Shown here: in pieces, positions 15,984-24,297 of the stretch | How the letters are laid out: each line of letters begins with the position of its first letter | Position numbering within the stretch: position 1 is the first letter of the stretch | NCBI GenBank assembly: GCA_023245695.1 | Contig: JAHFJT010000002.1 | Location: 1-27,409, forward strand | From: Candidatus Peregrinibacteria bacterium | GTDB taxonomy: Bacteria > Patescibacteriota > Gracilibacteria > UBA1369 > UBA12463 | DNA: 27,409 nt | Reading direction: 5' to 3' | Position numbers and translations under genes: made by a program | Notes under the pieces: generated by a model | The model's database searches: none | What the model saw: the letters and a program-made list of their open reading frames with translations, nothing else | Told to the model about the DNA's origin: nothing

Positions 15984-16013
15984 GCAGGGATTTAAAATAT
16001 ACTCTGAAATCTG

Positions 16014-18125
16014 ATGTTTTTTGTGCCTCGACCACCCTCATCCTCTCATCAAAAGACTGTCATTGGACTGGTAATTCTCTGGGTGGCTATGTTGGGTATG
16101 TATTTTGCCCCAAAGCTTTCGAGCGTTTTTTTGCTCACTGATGTGCTGGGGAGTGATAGATCTTCTTTGAGCCAGAGCGTGGCACCTGAGGATCGAACTT
16201 TTGATACCTTAGTGCAGAGCGTGGTGTTTTCGAAGGATTTTTCTGTTTTGCATCCACTTGTCGATAAGGTGTACTCGTATGACGGCATCCTCTCTAGCTC
16301 TTCCGTGAGTGGTGCTGATGCGCCCTTTAAGGCTCATGAGAGTCGACGATATGCTATTTTGAATGAGCAGCGATTTATTGTTCGAGTGCCTTTTTCCAGT
16401 GTTCTTGATCCGGCAAGCGTGACGCTGAATTCCATTGCTCTTTATCGTAAGAAGGCCGATAGTGCCGTGAAGAGCTCTGAGCCGATTGTTCCTGTGGTAC
16501 CTGCGACTATACCTCCTGCCGTGCCCGAATCTGTACCCGTAGCTGATGTACCTAAAAATGATGAGGTTCAGGCTCAGACCCTTACTCCATCACTGCTGCA
16601 GACGGATGTATTAGGAGCGGGGGATGTGGCTCCGCCTTCTGCGCCTTTGTCGGTAGCTGTCCCTGTCCCTGCCCCTGAGCCTGTCGTTGAACCGCTTCCA
16701 GCGGTTCAACGACTTTCTTCTGAGTTGCCGCCTGCGGCGGCCCCGGCTCTCCCTCCAGATCCCGTCAAATCTGATGTCAGTGTTGTGAAGTCCGAGGTAA
16801 AGCCTGAGGTACCGCCTGAAACTACGCCCGAAGTTAAAGATGTGTCTGGGTACAAAGTTGTGGCGCCCGAGTATGTGATCGTGACGGGAAGCGAACTTAT
16901 TGCTGAGTTCCATGTTCCGTCTATAGCGTTGTATGATGGCATTATTTTGCGACAGATTAAGGCGAAGTCTCCTGGCCAGTCGATCGATTATCTGGAGATG
17001 TCACTTGCAGATTGGGGCATGCTTACGGCGAAACCGCTTTCAGGTAAAGACGATGAAAAACTTTCCGCGACCCACATGGCCACTACACACACCCTTGCCG
17101 ATCCTGCAGAGAAAGAAAAAAATGATGTTCCAGAGAAGCGGTCTTTCACCTATGAGGAAAAGACTCGGGAAGATAAGGCAAACTTGGCTCGACAGCGACG
17201 TACGGCCAATCGACGACACTTTGTAGAAACCTATTATAGCGCCGATAAAAGTGGTCATGACTTCAAGAATGTGAGCGATCAGGTTTACTATGTTGATGCT
17301 GATCTTTTTGGCGCTGGGAAGCGTGTTGTATCGACGTTGAAGGGTGCTTCATTTGGAGTTGTGGATAGCGATAGCGATCTTCTTGAGCCATCGAAGATTA
17401 CTTTTGTGGATTTGATTTTTTCTGGATCCGTGAAGTATCAGGCGATTACTACCCAGTCGTTTACGGCTGTGAATACCAATAAAGAGCGGTTTACTCCGCG
17501 AATGATTTTTATTCCGAATACGGATAACGAGGTGATTCTTGTCTTTGATCAGGGACGGGATATCGATATTCGAGCACTTGAGCTGGATAGTATTACAAGC
17601 AAAACACTTACGGATACCCCGCTTGATGGATATATTCTCCTAGAGGCACCTTCACGAAATTACGTTGAACTGACCTCAACCGTGAATCGCCACTATGAGG
17701 CATATGTGGGTAATGATGTAACCTTTACTGCTTCAAAGTTATCGCTTGGCACAGTGAGCTCTCTCGTCTCGACGAGTTCGACGATTGCGGTGAATATCTC
17801 TGATGCTGGATCTCTCAATCCGCAGTGTGCGATTCTCGTATTTGGCAATGATCTTGTGCTGGATGGAGGTGGAGGGACCGCGCCTATTAGTGGGCTGACG
17901 CTGGTTTCCAAGTCGAGTGGTGCCGTGCCTGTTGACGCGATGGTGGTGAAAAATTTTGAGCAACAAAAACAGAAAAGTTTTCTCGGGTTTGTGTATCTGG
18001 GTGATCTGGAGGTGGTGAATGCTGTGAAGACGATGTACCTGAACTTTACTTCTCCAGCAGGACTTTCGATGGGTCGATACTCGGGAGTTCTTTCTACTGA
18101 GTTACAGTGTCCAGCCGGGAAGTAG
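16014..18125 (+). CDS. Large membrane-anchored/secreted protein with Pro-rich linker and C-terminal beta-sandwich (WxL/pilin-like end)
   Basis: N-terminal TM (VIGLVILWVAMLGMYFA), Pro/Ala/Val/Glu-rich stretch at about aa 155-275, C-terminus GRYSGVLSTELQC. Confidence 0.65.
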   Translation: MFFVPRPPSSSHQKTVIGLVILWVAMLGMYFAPKLSSVFLLTDVLGSDRSSLSQSVAPEDRTFDTLVQSVVFSKDFSVLHPLVDKVYSYDGILSSSSVSGADAPFKAHESRRYAILNEQRFIVRVPFSSVLDPASVTLNSIALYRKKADSAVKSSEPIVPVVPATIPPAVPESVPVADVPKNDEVQAQTLTPSLLQTDVLGAGDVAPPSAPLSVAVPVPAPEPVVEPLPAVQRLSSELPPAAAPALPPDPVKSDVSVVKSEVKPEVPPETTPEVKDVSGYKVVAPEYVIVTGSELIAEFHVPSIALYDGIILRQIKAKSPGQSIDYLEMSLADWGMLTAKPLSGKDDEKLSATHMATTHTLADPAEKEKNDVPEKRSFTYEEKTREDKANLARQRRTANRRHFVETYYSADKSGHDFKNVSDQVYYVDADLFGAGKRVVSTLKGASFGVVDSDSDLLEPSKITFVDLIFSGSVKYQAITTQSFTAVNTNKERFTPRMIFIPNTDNEVILVFDQGRDIDIRALELDSITSKTLTDTPLDGYILLEAPSRNYVELTSTVNRHYEAYVGNDVTFTASKLSLGTVSSLVSTSSTIAVNISDAGSLNPQCAILVFGNDLVLDGGGGTAPISGLTLVSKSSGAVPVDAMVVKNFEQQKQKSFLGFVYLGDLEVVNAVKTMYLNFTSPAGLSMGRYSGVLSTELQCPAGK

Positions 18126-18147
18126 GTTTTTGTGTGGGCATCTCTTT

Positions 18148-18831
18148 TTATGGTTGCCCGTCGATGATCGTGATCGTCATGGTGCTTGAGTAGCTTCCAA
18201 GTGCGCTATTTTGAGGAAGGAGGAGTGTCGCTCGATCAAACCGGAGATGGCCAATATTTGTACATGAAGCACTACTTTCTACGAGAATATTTGAGGATGT
18301 AGCGCCAGTTATGCTGTAGTTGGTGCCACTGTTCGTGAGATTGCTATTGAGGGTGTACGTGCCTGGGGTTGCTCCTGCGCAGCTACTTGGATCAATGCTA
18401 ACTGTTTTTGTCATATCATCATTGCCGATGGTTGCGGTTGCTGCCTGACCGTTCGTATAGGTTCCTATGAGCTTGAAGTTATTCGCTGGAAGGGCTGCTT
18501 GCGACTGAGAGTCTCCGGTGTAGGTGAAGTCTGTCATACTGAGCGTGATATAAAATCCGGCGGTTGCGGTGTCGTCCGCATACTCGATATAGTCGTTATT
18601 TGGATTGCTCGTCCAGCCGAGGTTGAGATTTTGATTCATAATAGGAGCCGATGGGAAGTTCAGCCCAGAACTCCAGCTTCCATGGAGCGCCATGGTCAGT
18701 TGACCTGTGACGTATATTTCGATGGGAATATCTGATGCAGAAGCGGTTTTTGTGGTGAGAATTCCCAGACTTATTAAAGCTATCACGAGCCAGATGAGAG
18801 GTGTTTTGGCTGTGTGTGTGGTGGTGAGCAT
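18148..18831 (-). CDS. Secreted beta-rich protein, WxL/pilin-subunit-like
   Basis: Signal peptide ending ASA, Thr/Ser/Asn-rich, DYIEYADD...GFYITLSMTDF, two Cys, C-terminus GSYSSTMTITIIDGQP. Confidence 0.65.
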   Translation of the reverse strand: MLTTTHTAKTPLIWLVIALISLGILTTKTASASDIPIEIYVTGQLTMALHGSWSSGLNFPSAPIMNQNLNLGWTSNPNNDYIEYADDTATAGFYITLSMTDFTYTGDSQSQAALPANNFKLIGTYTNGQAATATIGNDDMTKTVSIDPSSCAGATPGTYTLNSNLTNSGTNYSITGATSSNILVESSASCTNIGHLRFDRATLLLPQNSALGSYSSTMTITIIDGQP

Positions 18832-18835
18832 TTTG

Positions 18836-18864
18836 TTGACTTTAGTTGGTATCTATTGTATAAT
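18836..18864 (+). promoter_or_regulatory. Near-consensus sigma70 promoter of the 18961 gene
   Basis: TTGACT (18836-18841), 17 nt, TATAAT (18859-18864). Confidence 0.75.
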
Positions 18865-18960
18865 GGGAGTGATCTTGAAATAGGGTTTTCTGGGATGCGC
18901 GCCTAGATAAGCACTATCTCAACTCACTCATTTTTTTACTTCATTATAACAAAAAACAAA

Positions 18961-19614
18961 ATGAAAAATAAGTTTTTGTCTTTTGCTCTCCTTACTGCGG
19001 TCGCTGCAACTTTCTTGGTTCCAAGCGCAGTATTCGCAGACACTAACACTGCTTCTGTCAGTGTTTCAGCAGATACGACTTTCACTATGGCTCTTACGGG
19101 TCAGGCTAAGGCTCCTACATTCTCTGTAGCTGCTTATAGTTCACAGGCTTCTCATAACAAGACTTGGGATGCTTCAACTGGTACTGACTATATTACCGTT
19201 GTTGATTACACAGGTGCTCAGTCTGGTAAGGATGGTCACCACATCAATATCGCTCTTAACCGAGCTACTTGGTGGTATAGCGGCGCAGATGCTGCTAAGG
19301 CTACTCGAGTTGGTGTTTTCACTGGTTTCACTGCTATTCCTAACGATAAGATCCGTCTCTATGTCCGAGGTGGTACTACGAGCTATACTTTCACAGCTAA
19401 GGATACTAACCTTTGTTCTGCGGTCGGTTCTACATCCATTGGCAATATTGTCTTGAGTAAGACAGGTACTACTTCATGGGCTACTACAAGTAATACTTGC
19501 CCAGGTACAACTGTTTACAAGCCTGTCAGCGCTCAATTGAAGGTTGCTACAAACGGTCTTGGTAACGGATCATACACGATCTCTGGTACAGTCACATTGG
19601 TTGATGGTCAGTAA
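18961..19614 (+). CDS. Secreted beta-rich protein, WxL/pilin-subunit-like, probably highly expressed
   Basis: Signal peptide MKNKF...AVFA, DYITVVDYTG, two Cys, C-terminus GSYTISGTVTLVDGQ; codons strongly skewed to NNT (GCT/ACT/GGT/TCT). Confidence 0.7.
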   Translation: MKNKFLSFALLTAVAATFLVPSAVFADTNTASVSVSADTTFTMALTGQAKAPTFSVAAYSSQASHNKTWDASTGTDYITVVDYTGAQSGKDGHHINIALNRATWWYSGADAAKATRVGVFTGFTAIPNDKIRLYVRGGTTSYTFTAKDTNLCSAVGSTSIGNIVLSKTGTTSWATTSNTCPGTTVYKPVSAQLKVATNGLGNGSYTISGTVTLVDGQ

Positions 19615-19653
19615 TTTGATCGTCGTTGATATATAACGCGCACAAAACGAATG

Positions 19654-19685
19654 GCCCCTCCTGATTTCAGGAGGGGCGATTTTTG
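19654..19685 (+). terminator. Rho-independent terminator
   Basis: GCCCCTCCTG-attt-CAGGAGGGGC followed by gatttttt. Confidence 0.8.
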
Positions 19686-19723
19686 ATCTCGCTTCATCAT
19701 CCGAAAATCAGTAGAATATCGCC

Positions 19724-21001
19724 GTGATTCCAAAAAAAGTTACGGTTATCGGGTTAGGGTATGTTGGTCTTCCGCTCGCGTGTGCGATTGCGAAGACGAA
19801 GCTCTTCAATGTATGTGGCTACGAAATTAGTCCCGAGAAGGCTGCGCTGATCCAAAAGGGCATCTCGCCTATTGAAGATGAGGTTGCTCGCAAGCTCCTG
19901 CCCAAGATCAAGCTTACCGTAAGTACGAGTGATGAGATTTTGAGAGATTCTGATTTTATCATTGTATGTGTGCCGACACCTGTGAAAAATAATAAGCTTC
20001 CCGATCTGACTCCGGTCAAGTCCGCGACGCGGTCGATCTTGAAGTACCTTCGCAAAGGTCAGTGCATTATCATCGAGTCCACGATCAATCCCGGTGTGTG
20101 TGAAGAGATTGTGCTGCCGATTCTTGAGAAGTCTGGCCTGAAGGGTGGCCGAGATTTTGAGCTTTCTCACTGCCCTGAACGTATCAATCCTGGCGATCCG
20201 ACGTGGGATGTGAATAATATTCCTCGAAACATCGGCTCCTTGACCGAAAAGGGCAACGCGCGCGTTGCAGCTTTTTATCGATCGTTTTTGAAGGGCGAAG
20301 TGAGAGAGGTGAGTAATCTCAAGGTGGCAGAGGCAACCAAGATTATTGAAAATACCTTCAGAGATATCAATATTGCCTATGTGAATGAGCTGGCGAAGTC
20401 TTTCGACCTTATGGGCATCGATCTCCTCGAGACGATCCATGCGGCCTCAAATAAGCCATTTGCCTTCATGCCTCACTTTCCGAGCTGTGGCGTGGGTGGA
20501 CACTGTATTCCGGTGGATCCTTACTATCTCATCACTCGGGCAAAAAAGGCTGGGTTCAATCACAGCTTTTTACGTAAGGCACGTCAGGTGAACAACTCGA
20601 TGCCACACTATGCCGTGAGTCTTCTTGAGGCAAAAGTGAAGGAGGCGGGGCTGGTCTTTTCTAAGGTAAAGATCGGTGTGCTCGGCCTCTCCTACAAGGC
20701 AAATATTGGTGATCTTCGGGAGAGTCCATCGTTGGAGATTCTCGAAATTTTGGCGTCAAAAAAAGCTCACGTAAAGGTCTTCGATCCGCATGTTCCAGTG
20801 AAGAGTGATGTGAAGACGCTTGATGAGCTCTGTGCCTGGGCGGATGTCTTGCTGCTCGCGACTGGACACCGGGAGTTTGCCGCGGTTCCGGCGGCGTTTT
20901 TCAAAAAACATGGTATCCGCGTGATCCTGGATGGCAAAAACTGCCTCGACAAAAAAGCTCTCCTGAAAGCAAGGATTGTCTATAAGGGTATTGGCCATTA
21001 G
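19724..21001 (+). CDS. Nucleotide-sugar (UDP-GlcNAc/ManNAc/GalNAc) 6-dehydrogenase, WecC/WbpO/TviB family
   Basis: VIGLGYVGLP Rossmann motif, IVCVPTP, IIESTINPG, HCPERINPG, AEATKIIENTFRDINIA, GVGGHCIPVDP, GLSYKANIGDLRESP; GTG start. Confidence 0.92.
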   Translation: MIPKKVTVIGLGYVGLPLACAIAKTKLFNVCGYEISPEKAALIQKGISPIEDEVARKLLPKIKLTVSTSDEILRDSDFIIVCVPTPVKNNKLPDLTPVKSATRSILKYLRKGQCIIIESTINPGVCEEIVLPILEKSGLKGGRDFELSHCPERINPGDPTWDVNNIPRNIGSLTEKGNARVAAFYRSFLKGEVREVSNLKVAEATKIIENTFRDINIAYVNELAKSFDLMGIDLLETIHAASNKPFAFMPHFPSCGVGGHCIPVDPYYLITRAKKAGFNHSFLRKARQVNNSMPHYAVSLLEAKVKEAGLVFSKVKIGVLGLSYKANIGDLRESPSLEILEILASKKAHVKVFDPHVPVKSDVKTLDELCAWADVLLLATGHREFAAVPAAFFKKHGIRVILDGKNCLDKKALLKARIVYKGIGH

Positions 21002-22203
21002 CCTCTTGGTTTCCATCTGAAGTTTTTCAAGTTTTCTTTGAACGTGATGTGGTATCGGATGTCCTTCCATATTACGATGCTGTATACGCCTCCCGTAACA
21101 GCTAGAATTATCCTTATGCTTGTTAGTTCCGGGTTTCCAAATAGTACATTTGCAATCGTCAAAGCTTGAAGTGCGGCAATCAATATTCCGATTGAGATAT
21201 GTATTTTTGATTTTATGATGCTAAAAATATTTGTTATTGCTATCGGAAAAACCACGGTGAGAGGTAAGAATATTCTTCCAATGTCTGTTGCAAAAAAGAG
21301 CGATATTATACCACCTAGGCCGAGTAGTACGAGTGGGATATATAAAAACTCGAATTGTTTTTTTGGTGCTACTAAAATTCCAAGGATGCCCAATAGCCAC
21401 AGGAAGCTCCATGCCCCAAAAAGATTCATCGCAATGTCCTTTAAATTTTGGTTTACGGCTGATATTTTTGTCGATTCGATCAGATACTTACTATAATCTC
21501 CCGACGAAAGTGCAATGTGGGTTACTGCATATGTGCTGATCCCTGCTATCACTGCCCATGCACCTTTTTTTCGATCTTGCGTTAGGAACCATAGTGGCGC
21601 TAGAAATAGGGTGGATTCATGCGAGAGAATTCCTACAACAAGCGCAATCATGTATGGAATAAAGCGTTTTTTTATTCCAAAAATAATCATAAGCGCCATC
21701 ATGCATATAGAAAAACTCGAGGGTAAATATGGGTTGTGAAATTGATAAAGTTGCCACAGGCTTGAGTAGTACATGCCTATTCCTATGCAAAGTGCCGAGA
21801 GTGATAGATTCCAAATTCTTCCTATCCAAAAAAGGCAGATATATAGACAGAAGAGACTTACATAGGTGATGATTTTTAGCGCTGATACGCTCTCTAATGG
21901 GAGGATGCTTGCTAGTGCAGGTACTAATATTCTATATCGAAATGGTGGTGGAACTTTTGAGTAATTCTTCTCAACCATGTCCATGTAGTAATTTGAGTCG
22001 CCTCGTATAGAAAGGTATGGGCTGGTTGTATCGGCCTGTCGTTGAAGTACAAATATGTGCCCAAATAATACGAGGAGGGCTGATATGCACACAGAGAAAA
22101 GTATATATTTTCTCTGTGTATTTTTTTTGCTGTTCATTTCCATGGCGTGGAGTTGTATGACCGAGTTTGTATCCATGTTATCAGTTGTGCGCTTGGTCTC
22201 CAA
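20998..22203 (-). CDS. Multi-pass membrane protein, probable GT-C-fold glycosyltransferase; true start may be at 22176, 22143 or 22137
   Basis: About 10 hydrophobic segments, acidic motif after TM1 (RGDSNYY), PPFRYRILVP, HES; AT-rich and antisense to the operon. Confidence 0.6.
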   Translation of the reverse strand: METKRTTDNMDTNSVIQLHAMEMNSKKNTQRKYILFSVCISALLVLFGHIFVLQRQADTTSPYLSIRGDSNYYMDMVEKNYSKVPPPFRYRILVPALASILPLESVSALKIITYVSLFCLYICLFWIGRIWNLSLSALCIGIGMYYSSLWQLYQFHNPYLPSSFSICMMALMIIFGIKKRFIPYMIALVVGILSHESTLFLAPLWFLTQDRKKGAWAVIAGISTYAVTHIALSSGDYSKYLIESTKISAVNQNLKDIAMNLFGAWSFLWLLGILGILVAPKKQFEFLYIPLVLLGLGGIISLFFATDIGRIFLPLTVVFPIAITNIFSIIKSKIHISIGILIAALQALTIANVLFGNPELTSIRIILAVTGGVYSIVIWKDIRYHITFKENLKNFRWKPRG

Positions 22204-22223
22204 GTATGCTATTCTGCCCTTAT

Positions 22224-23180
22224 ATGAAACTCGCGATTCTCATTCCGGCGCTCAATGAAGAAAAGACTATTGCAGAAGTGATCGATGCGATTCCTCGAGC
22301 TTTTGATGGTCTTGATGAGCGACAGATTATTGTCGTGGATGATGGATCTTCCGATGCTACGGGTGAGATTGCACGTGCGCATGGAGCTATTGTTTTGCGT
22401 CACAAAAAAAATATGGGAGTTGGGAAATCTTTTCAGGATGGCCTTGAAAAGGCTCTTGAGCTGAAGGCGGATATTCTTGTGACGATCGATGCAGATCGAC
22501 AGTTTGATACGGAAGAGATTCCGAAGTTGCTCAAGCCAATTCTTGATGGAGAGGCAGATTTTGTCACAGGAAGCCGATTTCTCGACTCGTCGTTTACGCC
22601 TGGAAATATGCCATGGATCAAGCAGTGGGGGAATCATCGTGTGGCTGAAATTATTTCATGGGCGACAGGTAAAGAGTTTTATGATGTGAGTTGTGGTTTT
22701 CGAGCGTATGGATCTGAGGCGATGCTCCGGTTGAATTTATTTGGACGGTTTACGTATACCCAGGAGACGTTTTTGGATCTTTCGTTCAAGGGTCTGCACA
22801 TGATTGAGGTTCCTGTGACGGTTCGCTACTTCGAGGGTCGAAAATCGCGTGTGGCAAGCAGTATTCTGGGATATGCGCGAAAATCAGCGAGCATTATTTT
22901 TCGGGCGATCAAGGACTATAGCCCGTTGAAATTTTTTGGTTGGTCGGGTGTGGGTATTTTTCTTGTTGGACTTGGGCTCGATATCTTTACGATCGTTCAC
23001 TATTATCAGACTGGCACTTTTTCCCCGTATAAAGCCGTTGCTTTGACGGGTGCATTTCTCAATGCGATTGGTATCATGGTGTTTTTTATCGGTATTCTTG
23101 CTGATCTGATCGACAAAATTCGACTCACGCAAGAAAAGGTTCTCTACTACGAAAAAAAGCGACGTTATGAACAGCGATAG
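22224..23180 (+). CDS. Glycosyltransferase family 2 (DPM-synthase-like) with two C-terminal TMs
   Basis: ILIPALNEE, VVDDGSSDAT, N.GVG, IDADRQ (DxD), DFVTGSRF, DVSCGFRAY, IEVPV motifs. Start MKLAIL at 22224. Confidence 0.92.
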   Translation: MKLAILIPALNEEKTIAEVIDAIPRAFDGLDERQIIVVDDGSSDATGEIARAHGAIVLRHKKNMGVGKSFQDGLEKALELKADILVTIDADRQFDTEEIPKLLKPILDGEADFVTGSRFLDSSFTPGNMPWIKQWGNHRVAEIISWATGKEFYDVSCGFRAYGSEAMLRLNLFGRFTYTQETFLDLSFKGLHMIEVPVTVRYFEGRKSRVASSILGYARKSASIIFRAIKDYSPLKFFGWSGVGIFLVGLGLDIFTIVHYYQTGTFSPYKAVALTGAFLNAIGIMVFFIGILADLIDKIRLTQEKVLYYEKKRRYEQR

Positions 23181-24297
23181 CCTTCCTCGAGTTCGTACAG
23201 TGTATGTGGTGCTTGGTACCAAAGCGCAACTAATTAAGATGGCGCCGGTAATGGTTGAGCTTCAGAAGAGAGGAGTACCATATCGGTTTATTTTGACGGG
23301 TCAGCATCGCGAGACGATGGATGAACTTTTGAAAAATTTTGGCATACGGCACCCCGATAGTACGCTTTACGATGGCCCAGATATTACTGGGATATTCCAG
23401 ATGATCGTTTGGATGGTGAGGATTTTGTGGAAAATTTTGAGAGATCGACGAGCGATTTTTGGCGCAGATGTACGTCCTGACGATGTGGTTTTGACCCATG
23501 GAGATACATTTTCGACGCTATTGGGTGCGCTCATGGGTCGATGTGCTCGGATTCAGGTGGCGCATGTGGAGTCGGGTTTGCGCTCGTTTCATGTGTTTCA
23601 TCCTTTTCCTGAGGAGCTTACGCGTTTGATGGTTTTTCACCTTAGTGATCTGTATTTTTGTCCTGGGGACTGGGCGGTTAAGAATCTCGCGTCGTATAGA
23701 GGCGTGAAGGTGAATACCCAGCTCAATACCCTCTACGACTCACTGAGGCTCATTGAAACGCTTGAGCCAAGCTCTACTCTGCGGATTCCTGATGAGCTCT
23801 TTTGTGTGTTTTCCATTCATCGATTTGAGAATATTTTTCAGCAGAAGCGATTTCAGGAGATTTTGCGATATCTCGCGATGACGGCACAGCACATAAAAGT
23901 TCTTTTTATTCTCCATCCACCTACGGTCCAGCAGCTCAAGAATTTTGGCTTGATGGAGGGGCTGAAGATGGAGACTGGAGTAGAGCTACGCCCTCGTTAC
24001 AACTACACAGACTTCATTAAGCTGGTGCAAAAAAGTGCGTTTCTGGTGACGGATGGAGGTAGTAATCAGGAAGAGTGTTTTTATATGGGTAAGCCTTGTT
24101 TGCTCATGCGAAAGGCTACGGAACGCCATGAGGGCTTGGGCGAAAATGTGATGCTGTCTGAGTATGATGAGGAGAGAATTCTGCATTTTGTGCAGCACTA
24201 TCAGGAGTATCAACGTGCGCCAGTTTCTCTCGCTGCTTCACCTTCTGAGGTGATCGTTCGCACACTGTATCCGTCGCTTTATCATGATGAGGTATGA
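23167..24297 (+). CDS. wecB: UDP-N-acetylglucosamine 2-epimerase (non-hydrolysing)-like
   Basis: GTKAQLIKMAPV, TGQH, THGDTFSTL, HVESGLRSF, FPEE, SIHRFEN, VTDGGSNQEE...GKPCLLMR..TER.EG motifs. Confidence 0.85.
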   Translation: MNSDSLPRVRTVYVVLGTKAQLIKMAPVMVELQKRGVPYRFILTGQHRETMDELLKNFGIRHPDSTLYDGPDITGIFQMIVWMVRILWKILRDRRAIFGADVRPDDVVLTHGDTFSTLLGALMGRCARIQVAHVESGLRSFHVFHPFPEELTRLMVFHLSDLYFCPGDWAVKNLASYRGVKVNTQLNTLYDSLRLIETLEPSSTLRIPDELFCVFSIHRFENIFQQKRFQEILRYLAMTAQHIKVLFILHPPTVQQLKNFGLMEGLKMETGVELRPRYNYTDFIKLVQKSAFLVTDGGSNQEECFYMGKPCLLMRKATERHEGLGENVMLSEYDEERILHFVQHYQEYQRAPVSLAASPSEVIVRTLYPSLYHDEV

